Shown: one piece after another, positions 1 to 13,497 of the stretch
How positions within the stretch are numbered: the first letter of the stretch is position 1
Layout of the letters: each line of letters opens with the position of its first letter
Assembly (NCBI GenBank): GCA_003971905.1
Contig: RSEE01000047.1
Coordinates: forward strand, 310,001-374,000
Direction: 5' to 3'
Length of the DNA: 64,000 nucleotides
From: Moniliella sp. 'wahieum'
Taxonomy: Eukaryota
Made by a program: the position numbers and the translations under genes
Notes under the pieces: generated by a model
Seen by the model: only the letters and a program-made list of their open reading frames with translations
Database searches by the model: none
Told to the model about the DNA's origin: nothing

Positions 1-3000
1 CTTGACATCCCACTTTTCTTCGTCCCACGGATCGGCCTCCCACTCCGCGTCCCCCTTCTTGTACGGGGAGAGGGAGCGGCTGGGGACCGGTTGCGGAACG
101 TAGAAGATTGATGGTACCCCGTTCGCTCCCACGGATCGGGTGGCAGCTGCCCGCGCGCCTTCCGACCACGAATGCCGAGACGCACATCGGATTCAGAAGC
201 GGGATCCCACTCCATATCGTCCGAGCCTTCCTCCTCATCGTACATCCTCCGTTCATGAAGAGAACGGGTACCCAACGGCTGACGCAAATCGGTCGAGCTT
301 TGAAACTGCGGGCGCGGCTCGTCACGGTTCGTCTCGGCTGCTTTGGACTTGAAAAAGACGTGCCTGGCAGCCCAAGTGGCCACCACCGAACGAATCACCG
401 CCGGCGCCTTGGTATCCAGCTGGATTTGATGCTCCTCCAACAAGTCCCGTCGAGGCGTCGAGTACAATAGAGAGACCCATCCAGGCGAATCAATGCCGTT
501 GGCACAAAACAGGTCAAGCCACCGATGGAAGCGAGCCCAGCGCGAAGGCTCCCTTGGCACCACTGGGATGCGCTGGGGGAACCGGCCGGCGGCCCGTGCG
601 TCTTCAACTCCTTCTCGGGGGAGGAGGTCCTCGACGTTCATTTGAGGATGATACGCCTCCCTGAGTTGGACCCAGGAGGGAAGCGTGTCGATACCGCAGA
701 TGGCATTCGCTTCGTCGTCGTCCAAAGAACGGCATTGAGAGACCCACAGACGCGTTCCGACCAGCTTAATCACTGCTGTACAGGGGATCAGACCGATGGT
801 GAAAATAAGATACACGGCACGCTCCTTGGTCACGGCAAAAAAGATGGCCAGGACAACCTGAGCCACGATCAATCCGTCCAACGAAAAACGTAGCATGCGC
901 TTCAGGTAGATCTGCCCTTGGTTTTCGTGGAAACGACTAAGGTAAACATAGGCCAGGTCTTTCTTGAACACGACTCTGTAGTTTTTTTAAACAAAGGCAA
1001 GGTCAGTACGTCCCCACGAGGAAGAAAAGTCAACAAGGCGAACGTACAAAGCGCACCAAAGGTATACCATGGCAAAGGGGATGACGAGTGGATTGAAGAT
1101 GGCAAAAATGAATACGATGGTCATGACGGTCAAATGGAGTGGGAGCCAAATCGCATGACCAAATTTGCGCGGCAATACCTTTTCCGTGCGTTCGCGTGGC
1201 GAACACGCGCCCACTGCTTGGGCCGCTTGCCACAGTCCAATCACCGCTTGGATCAACTCGGCACCCGTTTGGGTGGCAATGTTGAGCATCAGATAGGAAC
1301 AGAAAAAGGGTGCGGCCGACGGAAAGGCAAATGCGATCGAGGTCAAGACGGATCCTTGGTGGCTACTGTCCACACGAACCAGAATCGTCTGCAGCGTGGT
1401 GGCCCCCACGGAAAACAGGATGACGGTGTTACAGACAACAAACTTCCAGTAGCGACACAGACACTGGTCGTAAAGCTCGGTGCGAGTAAAGAACCGATGA
1501 GCCCGCAGGTGGATCTGGAAGATGAATTCGGGCACGAGCAACATCACCCCCGATACGATCAGGGTAGGCAGAGTACCCGAGACAAAACGCAGCCAGGCCC
1601 TGTGGTCGGAAAATGCCCGAATCGTGATTGTAGGTATGGGTGATACCGCCAATGTTGTTGAGCACGAAGCAGCCGCCTGGGTAGGAATCATCCAAAAGAC
1701 GGTGAACAGCCAGAAAAAGGTGCTTACCCCGAGACTGCGTACAATCTTTCCAGCCAGGGTCGTGTGCATGAGCCGGTCCCAGATGATGTCCTGCGCTCGG
1801 GGGCGAGGACAATGCGGGAGCAACTTGGTCGCTGAGCTCACGCCAAACAAGCCTTGCTTGGCGCGGTCACGGAAGGTGACAAACGCGACGGCGTGGCCCC
1901 ACTGATTGGCCGGGAGAGCACGCGCCGCGTCCACCAACGCATTGAGCAACTTGAACTTGGTCACGAGCAAGTCAATTGTTGGCACCACATCCCCCTTGTA
2001 GGTACCCGCCGTGAGCCTTGGACGGGCTGGTACCGGTCCAACAGAGGCCGAGGCAGGGACAACAGTTCATGCCAAAAAGAGCACTTGGCGTCGGGTGCGA
2101 GGGAGGGTGACGTGACGAACCGAGCGAGCCGCTGGGCAAGGACCATGTCGGGACTCGTGTTCTTCTCGGGTGGTACGGCAGAAAAGGCAATAGCCCGAAC
2201 CGAACGGAGCACGTTCTGGGCGAGCTCCATGTGGGCCAACTCGAGCTTCGCAAGCGCCGCATCCCGTCGGCTCACGAGCCCATCTAATTCCGCCATCTTG
2301 CGCACAAACACGACCGACTGGACGGGGGAGGGAAGGATGGTATCCTGCCCAGTAGTGGTAGGGGAGTAGGTGGCCCACCCGGCTGGGCCAGCGGGCACGC
2401 CCAAATGCCGCTCGATGAACGCTGTTAGTGCCTGCTCCTCCCGCATGGGCCGCGGCAGGTTGGAAAACATAAGAGTGCGCTGCCGCCATCCCGCCATTTC
2501 AGGGTTCCTTTGAGCCTCCGCGACGCTGTAGAAGGGATGGGCGGGATCATCGGCACGGCCAGACTGGCGCGCCAACTCGTCGAGCACAGCATGCTCTATT
2601 GTTGGTGCAGCAGCACGGGCGAGCGGGTCGTCAGGGCGGCGCACGGCATGTGGGCCCTGGAGAGTACGGTGGCGCAGGCGGAGGATGAGATGGCGACGGG
2701 TTCGCACAACGCCGCGGGCAGTCCAATAGAGAGCACATACCCAGGAGAGAGTGATCCAGTACATAATCAGCAGGTGCACCCACAGCCAGCGGCGGCCCTG
2801 GTGGTTTTCAGTGCGGACACAATCGGGTGCGGACAGGTTGGAGCACTTGGAGCGGTCGACGGGGGTGGTGACGAGGTAGGCGAGCGAGGCGCAGGCCATG
2901 TCGGTGCGGGAGTCGCAGTCGCTGAAGCGCATGTGGATGGCAAGGAGGGCGGGGAGGGTGGTGAGGAGCTGGAGGAACATCCACCACGTGGCGGCGCGCA

Positions 3001-3349
3001 TGAAGCGCACATAAGTCAAGGCGTCGATACCGACGTGGGTGGCATACCACCAGTCGCTGCGCATGATGGCGGGCCAGATCCAGAGGAGAGGCCAGCGCGG
3101 CAGGGGAGGGGACGGCGCAATAGCGTGGTACTCGCGTGGGGTGTAGAGGTGGGCGAGCTCCCAGCGGTCGGGGTTGTCTGGGACGGTGGGTGGCTCGGAC
3201 GAGAGGCGCCAGCGCGGGAGGCGGCGCAGATGGCGCGACGTCTCGTACCAGCCCACACAGACGATGGCGGCGGCGCCGAGGATGTAGGCATTGGTGGTGA
3301 GGCCGGTGAAGTCGGAGGTGTAGAATTTGCGGTTCTCCAGGTCGGCCAT
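1..3349 (-). CDS. CSC1/OSCA/TMEM63 (DUF221) family osmo-/mechanosensitive cation channel; 3' end probably runs off the window start
   Basis: ATG at 3349 (MADLENRKFY...). N-terminal RSN1_TM-like segments (GIDALTYVRFMR, LWVHLL), cytosolic RTLMFSNLP and AFVTF, PRAQDIIWDRL, and a multi-TM C-terminal half (FFCSYLMLN, IFNPLVIPFAMVY). Frameshift near 1990; intron 976-1047 (GTACGT..CTGAC..TACAG), then VVFKKDLAYVY..GQIYLKRMLRFSLDGLIVAQ. Confidence 0.88.
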
Positions 3350-6300
3350 GGCGCCCGCGGGGAGGGGGTGGCGGGGGTGGGGGCGGGGGCAATGGCGATG
3401 GCGGTGGCGAGGGGGGGGGCAGAGGCGAGGGGACGGGTGGCGGTGGGGGGGGGGCCTGGCTGGCGCCGGTGCGTGTGCGTGTGCTTGAGGGTGCGCTTGA
3501 GCTTGAGGGCTGGGAGGTTGCCGGGCGACGCTGAAGGCAGCGGGAGGTGCGTGTGGGCGATGGATGATGGATGATCGCAGTGAATATTGAATGCTGGGGG
3601 CAGCTGAGGCGCCCTGCTGGGCGAGGGTGCATGCCCGGGCGGGGCGGGACGCGGCGGGGCTGGCGGGGCGATCGGGCAGCCCGCAGCACCGCAGGCACAG
3701 CGCCCCCGTGCGTGTGCTGGCCAACACCAAATTCCCCGCCCCGCCCCGGCCGCCCCGGTGCCGCTGCAGGAGCTGCAGGGCAGCCGCGTGCGCACCCCGC
3801 TGCGCAGAGCACACAGGCGCGGTGCGGCGACCACCCGCGTGCTGCGTCATGCACATCATGCGTCACACTCATGCATCTGCTCTCCTCGAGCTGCCCCCCA
3901 GTCGTCACTGACAAAACATCAGCTTGTCCCCGTTGTCCCTCTGCCCTGCCGCCCGGTTCAGCGGGGGCTCGGGAGAGCTAATCGCGCACATCACACTTGT
4001 GAGGTGCCCATCCTCGCGGCATGCTTCGGTGCAAACCGCATGCGGCCAGTGGCCTGCACCCGCGGGCACCACACCGGAGCACGCCGGCACACACGCCCTG
4101 TGCCCGCCGGCAGCCGCGCTGGGCACAAGCCACCGCAGCAGGCTGGCTGGGTGCTCCAGCCAGAAGAGGCAAGCTGCTTCTCCTGCCCCACACACCACAC
4201 CCCACCCGCCCCAGCCCACACCCATCTTCGTCACGCGCGGGTGGGAGTGTATGGGCCTGCCTCCCTGATCCAAAAAGCGCCTTTTTGTTCTTCTTCCCGC
4301 AGCAGAGAGAGAGCGTCATGCGTCTTCAGCCGCTATCGTTTCCCGCCCCGTTCCTAATTACCTTCCTTCTTTGTTGGCTTCTCGAATGTGTATTTGTCGA
4401 GTGTACCAATCTCTCCAGGGGATATAGCCACATCGTCACACAATCATCATCTCCTCGCCACCGTCGAATTGTGGCTCAGCTACTGTATGAAGTGTCCTCG
4501 CCGCTTCTGAACTCAGTATCGCATTCACACCACCCACAACCAAACCCCACTTTGGCCCCTTCCACACAATTGGACAGCCCACTGCAGTACCGATTACCGT
4601 AGCATCGTCACTCGTCTGACTATGGGCGGTACGTGCCCTATATGCCACACGTATGCACCCGAAAATGCGCAGGGCTGAGACGGGAATTCAGGTCACTCTC
4701 CCAGCCGCCATCTCCGACCCCACCAACGCGGCCAACTGGCTCCCGAGGGAACTACGGTACCGCGTTTAGCTCCTGTGATTGTCGACTCCACAACGCTCCT
4801 GCGCTTCACCCCCACCTCGTTCCTCCTCCCCCCTACCTTCTATTTGGGTACGCTTCTCGACTTCGTCGTCGTGAAAGGCAGTGAGGACCAGGAAGTGTTA
4901 CCCGCTCCCGCTCGTGTGCGGGGGCGCTGATGGGTACCGGTAGGGCGAAGGACAGCAACCACATGGGGGGGGTCGAGGGGGGGGGGGGACCACGGCCAGG
5001 AGAGAGGAATACTAGAGGTGCCGTGCAAACAAGTTTGTTCTCAAAGCAGCTCTGCTTTTCTTCTCCATCTTTTCCCAGATGATGACAGGGCGAGATACCT
5101 AGTATCGGTAAGTAATGCAGTATGATCGGGCAACCACTTCTTCTTACTGGTCGTACTCTCACTTATGTGATGTCTTCTCTCAAAAGTATCAACACACACG
5201 CATCTCCTCTTTGGCTCCATCCAGCTCATACAGCGACCAAAGGGAACAAGTTCCATTTAAACATAATGGTGAACTCGTGGTTGCATATAGCCTGTTTTGA
5301 AGCAGACAAATCAACCCAGGCGAGGGAAACACAAGGGGTGCTTGAGGGATCTACGTTGGGCTCGCCCGCCCGCCTTCGTCCGTTAATACACTCTGTAAAT
5401 ATATCACCTGTTTACTCTTCAACAAACAAAAAAGACGTGTCTGCACACCTAAGGCTCCCTCTCTGCGCAAAGGATTACGTTGGCGCCTCAGCACGCGCCC
5501 CCCAAAGCCCATTCCTCACCCACAATCCACATTTGGGGAAGTTTGGTAACCTCTTTTTCACTTTCGTCCCTTGTTGAACGTACCTTGTTGCTCACCTCAG
5601 GCCTCATGATGCGCTGGGATCGACTCGTTCCTGCGATGGGCATTTCCTTCCTTCGTTCCTTATCTCGCGGGATATCGGGCATGCCAACCAGGACTATTGT
5701 TTTGGGCTTGGCATGACCCTCCCTCTGCCATCCATTGCAGAGAGGTCTTCATCGGGTGCAAGGCAAAGGGAGGACTCTTCTCATTTATTGCATCCCTATT
5801 GTCCTTTTCCTTCGGTCATCTGGCGTGCGGGGAAGCATGCTGGTAAGAGATCGATGCGGTTCCACTGACTCGTCTCAGCCAGGGCTCGCCCGTAACAGAG
5901 AGGTATAGGTATGCGAATCTGAAGCCTTCGTCGGTATCGTTCTCAACCTTCCATTCTACTCCGAGAACTGACGGATGGTGTGGTTCGCACTTTTCTTATC
6001 TCCGTCAGCAGACCAACTTCTTCCTGTATGACACTGTGAGAAAAGCTTCGCACACAGCCTCTCGAAGCTGGAGAGAAGAAGTGCCCACTGTTGGTTGGAC
6101 ATTTTCCGCTTCGGCCCGGCTCCAGAAATAAGTCTTGCATATATAACTTGGATCAGCACGAACGTTTCGAATATACACGCTCGTGTCACGTGTTACATTT
6201 GCAGAATAGCTTCGCAACACAAACATATGCCACGTGTTCGGTTGGAGCCACTCTTTTTCGCGGGCCGCGGCGCTTCTCCACCCGCAGCAACTGTGTGCCT

Positions 6301-6360
6301 GAGACGCCGCTGTCCTATGTACGTCCGCCACACCCGCGTGTGTGGGGTACCAAAAACGGT

Positions 6361-7470
6361 CAACCGGTCACTAGGTCACTGGTGAAAGCCTAAAAAAGAT
6401 CATCAAGATCATCGATCGACGAAGGCCCCACATCAAAAAGAGATGAAGAGTCGATTGACGCGAGCTGGCGAGGCCTGCCGCCCATCGGGAAAATGCGTTG
6501 CAGTACGTTGCGTACTACTGAGTAGTAGAGTGAATCAGGGGATACTGAGAGTAACTGAGTACTGATTAATGATTGGTGGCCATAGTGGCCGGTGAGTCGC
6601 GAGCTGAGCCTCAGCGATGATCGATGATCGATGACCGGCGATCGATGATCAGGGGTATGATCGGTGAAGAGAGGGTCTGAGGTCCCTGAGGTCCCTGAGG
6701 CGCTCAGGCCTGCGAGGCATGTGAGGCTCAGGCGCTCAGGCTCAGCGCTAGGAAGTCTTGCACACGAAGAGCATGATGCATGATGTGCATGATGAGGTCG
6801 AGAGACGAGCGGACGCCTGCCAAGCGCCCCCCTAGCTCAACCGCAAGTCGAAAACTCTGAGGCCCTGAAGATTGGCAGCCCAAGGCCTAACCTGTGGCCT
6901 CATTATGCATTAACGGACCCCACCAGACCTAAGGCCTAAGGCTTAGGCTTAAGCCCGGCCGAATCACCATTGCATAACGAATTGTGTGTGATGCCGAAAG
7001 CATGAGGATGGACATGCGTAACGAAGCTTACTGGCCTTACTTTGTAGGCCTTTGGGACCTTAGGCCTAACATTAGGCCTTAGGCCAAGGATGCAGATGTG
7101 GGACGCAGGAAAACGGCCCTGGAAAGAGCCTGTGTGACATGTGACATGCGACATGTGACATGTGTACGACGGAGACAGATCGCCAGGGACCGTTGCTGGG
7201 AGTGTATGGGACACAATCGATCCTTCGGGCTGACGCGCCAATGCTTCCGAGGCGAGCAGACTGTGCTGCTGCGACACAGCGGATGCGGGGAAGGTGCAGA
7301 CTTACACTGACCCCACGCCTCACCGGGTGGGCAACACACACTTCCCCCGTGCGGTGTTATGTGGCCTCATACAGGTCCTGGGAGGAGGGCAGTGTGCAAG
7401 TTTGGCCGCTCATTGTAAGGCATCGATCCGTCAATATACGCGGTAACGCGGTAACGCTTTAACGCGAATC
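6361..7470. repeat. Patchwork of short palindromic 7-bp-period tandem repeats
   Basis: GATGATCGATGATCGATGA (6616), CCTAAGGCCTAAGGCTTAGG (6928), TGTGACA x4 (7133-7164), GCATGATGCATGA (6771), CGGTAACGCGGTAACGC (7441). Confidence 0.85.
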
Positions 7471-8013
7471 GGCTATCGTTTTAGACGTCGGGAGTTGCTA
7501 GTTGCCGCCAATACGATGTGGTGCACCACATTCGTTAACCACCCCATGCGGAAACAGGGCGTCCACGTTGGAGGCATACGGCTGTCCCACAACGTTCTTA
7601 TTGCCGTGTGTGGCATCTTCTCACAAATCACACAACGCTTGCCAAGCCGCCAGCACTGTGGCCAGGTTAGAGGCATGCCGGCCACGCCACCACTGGGCCT
7701 CGGCTGGGGAACACGGAGGAGCGCGACCTTGATGACAGAAACTGTTATCGAGACGAGGAACGTTACACCTTCACACAGCCCTGTAACACCCAAAGAAGGA
7801 AACCGAACGGTGACTCGTACAGCCAACGAGATCGCATATAAATCTCACTCAGTTCTGGTGCTCGTGGCTTCTCCTTTCCCCTCCACCACCCATCTCCTTC
7901 CTCTTCCCTCTTCACCCCCCCCCCCCCCCTTCGCCACTCTCTCTTTCCCCTACTCGGGCACACCTCCGTCGACGGATCACACTTTCTTTTACCATACGTT
8001 CTCTCTGCCGCCC

Positions 8014-9568
8014 ATGCGCGCTTTCTTCTCTCTCCCACTCCTGGTCGGGGCCGTTCTATCGGCCCTAGGCGCAGATGCATCTTTTTCCAAGCGAGGTGTT
8101 TCTCGAGCAAATCGTCACAATCTCTTCGGCAAACGGGATGACTACCCGGCGCCGTTGCAAGACCCTTTCTACATCGTCCTGATAATTTGAGCCATTACCG
8201 TCCCGGAGACGTTATCCGCTCCCGCAAGATCATCCCCACCATGAAAGGCCTTGAAGGCGCGGTCGGAGACACGTACCAGATCTTCTACCGCACCACCAAT
8301 TCCGAAGGCCATGCATCTTCGACGGTCACCACTGTTATTCGACCCAAGCAGGGCGGGCCTCCCAAGATGCTCTCCTACCATCTCTGGGAAGATGCTGTCC
8401 AGCGTGACTGCGCTCCCTCCTACACCATCCTCAAGGGTAACGATTCACCCAACGTGATGGTTGTCGGTATGTCTCTCTCCCATTTTCCTCTTGTTCATCT
8501 CTCTGATCAATGCTGACTTTGGCCCTGGTGCGTTTGTGTGCAGGGGATGATGTGCCCATTTGGTTCCAGTTTTTGCTCAACAATGGCATCTCGGTGGTTG
8601 TGCCCGACTACGAAGGCCCCAAATCCGCTCTGTTTGCCGGCTTCACAGCGGGCTACGCCATTCTTGACTCGGCCCGGGCTGTACGCAACTTCCTCAACTG
8701 GCCTGCCAATGCAGAGGTGGCCATGACGGGCTATTCAGAGGGCGCTCACGTCACTGCATGGGCCGCCAACTTGGCCCCCTCGTATGCTTCCGATGTCAAC
8801 ATTGTTGGTGTCACCCATGGCGGCACCCCGATTGACATGGAGTTGACCCTGCGCCACTTTGACAACACCTCCTTCTCTGGTTTCACCATTGGTGGCCTTC
8901 ACGGCATGATGGTTTCGTACAAGAAGTTCAAGAAGGCCATTCACCGTGTGGCTCAACCTGAAGTTCTTACCGATCTCGCCTCCATCATCAAGCCGCCCAC
9001 CTGCCATTCCGTCCTCCGCGGTCCCCTTTACGCCAACAAGCCTTACATGGAGATGCTCAACATCCCAGGCAACCAGTCGGTGTACGATTGGGGTCCCATT
9101 CGCCACATTCTCGACCGCGAAACGCTATGGAACAACAAGTCTTCTGTTGGTGTTGGCTACCCCACCTTCCCTCGCATGATCTACCACGGTGACCACGACG
9201 ATGTGATCAGCTTTGAGGCGGTCAAGGCCTATGTCGAACAGCAGTGTGCTCACGGCGCCAACATTCAATTTAACGTATACGAGGCCAACGCCCACACTGC
9301 GCCCCAGCTGGTCATTGGTGGCGACCTAAACGCCATGCGCTTTGTCTTGGAGGTTTTCCAGATCAACGGCCACAAATTCCAAAAGGGCACCTGTGGCTTC
9401 CCCACCCCGTCTCTTCTCAACTATGGCACTTGGGCCATCACCGCCATCTTGGGAGGTGACATTAGTGAGGCCTTCGACGACATTTCCGACCAAATCTCTG
9501 CTTTCCGTACCATTGGATTTGGTGCCCATGTCAACCAGACCAACCATGTTTACCATTACGTCGAGTAG
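8014..9568 (+). CDS. Secretory lipase (LIP family, Candida antarctica lipase A-like)
   Basis: Signal peptide MRAFFSLPLLVGAVLSALGADA and KR sites. Motifs P..DPFY, YQIFYRTTNSEG, WEDA...CAPSY, VVVPDYEGP, nucleophile GYSEGA, HGDHDDVI and a downstream His. Frameshift near 8175; intron 8467-8543. CATATAAAT box near 7835. Confidence 0.92.
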
Positions 9569-10304
9569 GGGAAACAAATTTCTCTGCCTGTTTCTCTTCT
9601 CCTTTGTTTTTCTCTCGATCACATCGAAAGAGAGAGCTCGTACTGTTTTTGTTTTGCTCCCCGACTATCCCTTTTAATGTGGTTTATGTATGGAGCCCTG
9701 GTGGCTCTTGAACCTCCAGGATCCAATACCATAAAGTGTGACATGTGTTTTCCGTTTATTGTGTACGGTTCTCCTCTACTCTGTGTGCCCTTAGGAAAAT
9801 ATAGATGGGGGTTAGGCAATACGTGCATCAGTCGCGACAGCGTTGTGACGATACCATCAGATTATAAGCTCTGACCTATTCTCCCCGGCGTTGCCAACAC
9901 TGTAGTGGAGGGAGTACGCTCTTCATATTGATGCGTGGCGCGAGGGATTCACTAGGCACTCCTCGTTTCCATGAAGAGCTGTCGGACATCAAGAAGATGC
10001 GAAACCCTTTCTGTACTTACAAACCTTGGGGGCGTCACGTTCCCTGGCCGCTTGAAATGCCCACCCGGGATCGCGTATGTGAGGCCTCTGCTCGTACACA
10101 CGTGGCAATGCGCTACCGGGGCTTGCACTCGCCGTGAACGTCCCGAGCGGTGAACGGGGGCAGTACCATCGCGTGGCTATATTTTGTTCCAATAAAATAC
10201 CGGTAGTTTGAATAGACTCGAAAAGTGAAAGCGGGTGGCACGTGAACTTACGTACGCGGCCTATACTGCGTTGGGAGCGGAGCCACGAGCATCGCGTTGA
10301 CATT

Positions 10305-11358
10305 ATGGGGGCAGCAACACCCAAAAACACAACCATGACCGCAGGCGAGGCGCCATCGCCCATGGCTGGTGCCAGTCCCGCATCGCCCAAGGCATCGCCG
10401 GCAGCCCACGCGTCTCCGCACTTGCCCGCATCCGGACGAACACCCGCCACCGCTCCGACGCCCCCCGCCCTCGCCCCCCTGAACTCCACCAACACCCCTG
10501 ATCCTGCCGGCCCAGGCGCCCCCCTGGTGGAGGGTGGGACAGCAGATCTCGCCCCCCCGGCCGCTGTTGCGGCCGCTTCTCTTCCCCCATATCCAACAGG
10601 GCTTCTGCCGCTGGCGCCAAATGCGCCGTCCGAAGGATTGAGCCAGGTGTTTCAGCTGGTGCTGCAGCAGCTTCTGCCCGCCGTCCAAGCCACCTCCAAC
10701 TCGCTCTTTGACGCGCTTGCTGTACCGGCAGAGACAGAGTCTGAAGCGCTCATGGCTCCTACCCCACCCCTTCCGGATGCAGCAGCGGCCAATGCAGTGC
10801 AACTGCACACCTTCCTCTCTTCGCTCTTACAGCTTCTGTTGGAACATGGTCTCGCTGGTCTGCCTACCGTTTCCTTTCCCCCTCCCGGCCGATCCTGAGA
10901 TCATGCAGATCGACCCTCTTCCCTCTGCCTCGCTCCCTCAAGACCTTCCAAGTGCTACGCAACAGTACGCCGCTCGAGCCAAGCGCGAATTTGACAAGAC
11001 GCAACGGTTGCGGGATGCGAGCGAGATTGTACGGGACGTGTTGGTTGGAGCACGGCTAGCCATGGCCGGGGCAGAGCGGGCAAAGAATCAGGGGATTCGT
11101 CGGAACAGAACGCAGGGCATTCAGGCCGATCGAGAGGGCCCTGTTTCGAAACGACCACGAGGAAGTTCGCCCGCACCCGACGCTGGTAACTCCGCCTCGG
11201 CCCAGGGTACGGCCGCCACACGACCCCGGCGTCAGGCGTTCAGATCACAAGGATGTCTCCTCCAACCTGAGAGCAAAATGAGGGCACTGCGTTCCTACGA
11301 CATTGAGCCGCCCGTGCATCGTATCGTACATGATTTGAGCAAGATGCAATTGAAGTAA
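10305..11358 (+). CDS. Hypothetical protein (Pro/Ala-rich N-terminus, charged C-terminus), two overlapping ORFs probably joined by a frameshift
   Basis: ORFs 10242-10898 and 10708-11358 overlap on the same strand and have coding-like composition. No recognised domain. Confidence 0.35.
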
Positions 11359-11413
11359 GAATGCAGGACACACAGATAAAACAGGCATTATGATGATGAA
11401 AATGCACGACAGC

Positions 11414-13497
11414 TTACGACACGCGTTCGATCGTCACTCCCGATGTGGCATACAGACGAGACATGAAACGACCCCACAGGTACGGTTCCAAGTCCTCTGG
11501 TGCCGTGAGAAGAGCAACCGCCTCGTTGTCAGCGACATCGTCCGAGGGCGGAGGTAGGTCGATCAAATAGTTTTTACGGCTGTTGCGCAGCCGGATGGAC
11601 AGATCAAGATAAGCATCGAGCGTCAGCGAGACATACTCCCAATCGGTCTTGGATCGTAAGGGCTTTGGGAGGATAAGACTTTTAGAGTTCTTATTGGGAA
11701 CGACATGATAGCGTGCCAGCTCCGCATCGAGCAAGGGCTTGGGAACAGGGATGGGACCGCCAACCCCAGATGTGGTACCATTCGAAGCAGCGGAAATATA
11801 TTCTTGCCACAGCACCTCGGTGGGGTATGTGGCATACTCCAATTGAAACTCGGGGGGTGGAGGGTCGGATGGGTTGGCCTCATACGCGCCGTTGGCTTCA
11901 TCCAGATTGAGATGCCACTCGGAATAACCCAATGGAGAGAGGAAACGGTTAGTACGAACGGGAGATGCGGGGTGACGGTAGTAAACCTTCTTGGGATCTT
12001 TCTTCTTCCTGGTCCCGGCCGCATTGTCTTTCCAACCAAAGATGGTTTGACCCACAGATGGCAAAGCCAGATCCGCTTCCTCCTGATTCTGATCCTCGTC
12101 CTCAAGAGAAAAGTCTGATGCATAGTCCTTGGCGCGATAGCGCGTTTCCGAACTCGTATTGTACGTCCAAACGCGCATAGTGGGGTACCAGTTGGGCAAA
12201 AGCGAAGGAGACAGTGATGCAACACTGTAACGGTCCAACACGCCCTCTGTCACGTTCTCTGGGACACGAAGGATATTGTCGATCATGAGTGCAACAATAT
12301 CCTTTGCTTGCACATCATAAGGGGACATCGGACGAACCATGTTCGGCGGGCGGTGGAGCAGACTCTCATACGGGTCCAGCATGGCATCGTCTTCCTCCAT
12401 CAACAGTTGCGCCTCTTCTTCGGGAGGGACGGGGGTGGAGGGATACCCTCTGTATGGAAGGTGAAAAGGTCATAGTTTTGATGACCATAGTGCTGTCCGA
12501 CAATGGATCTTGATAGCGAAGCACCAAGTTACTGTACCGTTGATAGCAGTCCTCAAAGTACCACGCCTTGTTAGGCGGAACATGGCCGATTAGATGTGCC
12601 TGCATCCCACGATTTCTAGTCCGACCCAGCTGGGCCTCGAGCCAGTCCTGGGAAGATAGCATGTCAGTCTAGGGCCCAATGATTCAGGGGGAAAGTACAA
12701 ACCAATTCGAGTCCGCCCGGGTCGCCCCGGCGCGAGTCACAGCCATCAACCATCTTGTTGGACTTGAACCAGTAGATGGTGTTGAGACTGAACACCGTCA
12801 ACGTTGCCGGAATCACATCGCGGGCAAAGTACCCGCCAATGGAGCACACATGCGCTTCCGACTCGGGCAGCAAGCCAAACTGGGTCCACATGCGAGCGTA
12901 CATGAACGTCACATCGTTCGGGCCGGGCCACATGATGTTGTGCGGGTAGATATCATTGTTTCCAATGGCCGGCACGATGGGAACGCCAGGGAACGCCATC
13001 TTGAGCTGTTGGATACACCATCGGTTAAACTCAAAGATTTCGTCCCGCGTTCGAGGGTGGACAGGACCCGTGTCGTGACGAACATTGTCGCCCGTCCAGA
13101 TGATAAAGTCGAGCCCATCCTGGGAGCCAAACGACTTGGCGGCCCAAGCCAGTGCCTTCTCCACCAGCCAGGGAGGGGAGTCGCACTCGGTCCGTGGTGT
13201 GCCCCAGTACCCAGCACGGATCTCCGCCTCGGGATCGTCTAGCTCGTCGGCCATTAGCTGGCACGAAGACTCGACCGTTGCATTGTACGTGTAGAATTGG
13301 TCCGGGTGCATGTCAGTCACATGGAGGAAGCGTCCATGCAGGGGACGGGGATGGGGCGTCGCTGCTGCGCGTGCATCGCTCGTTGCTGGCGGAGCCTCTC
13401 CCTCGAAGAGCAAGGGCGACGCGCGGATCGCCGGCACAGCGCCCAAGGCAAGAATGAGCGTCGTGGTTACAGCCGAAGCGGCGGCAAGGGCACGCAT
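11414..13497 (-). CDS. PPN1: Endopolyphosphatase (calcineurin-like metallophosphoesterase)
   Basis: Hydrophobic N-terminus; motifs GRFLHVTDMHPD, CDSP, IIWTGDNVRHD, IGNND, IGHVPP, SLSPSLLPNWYPTMR, LSPLGYSEW, FQLEYAT. Intron near 12650-12700; frameshift near 12400. Confidence 0.9.

Noticed and set aside
4318..4602. Small ORF with a hydrophobic N-terminus (MRLQPLSFPAPFLITFLLCWLL..) as a secreted effector
   Set aside because: The hydrophobicity follows from a pyrimidine-rich tract. There is no coding-like codon bias or recognisable motif.
6361..7470. CRISPR-like or MITE-like array
   Set aside because: No constant 23-47 bp repeat with unique spacers, no terminal inverted repeats or target-site duplication that I could define, and the context is eukaryotic.
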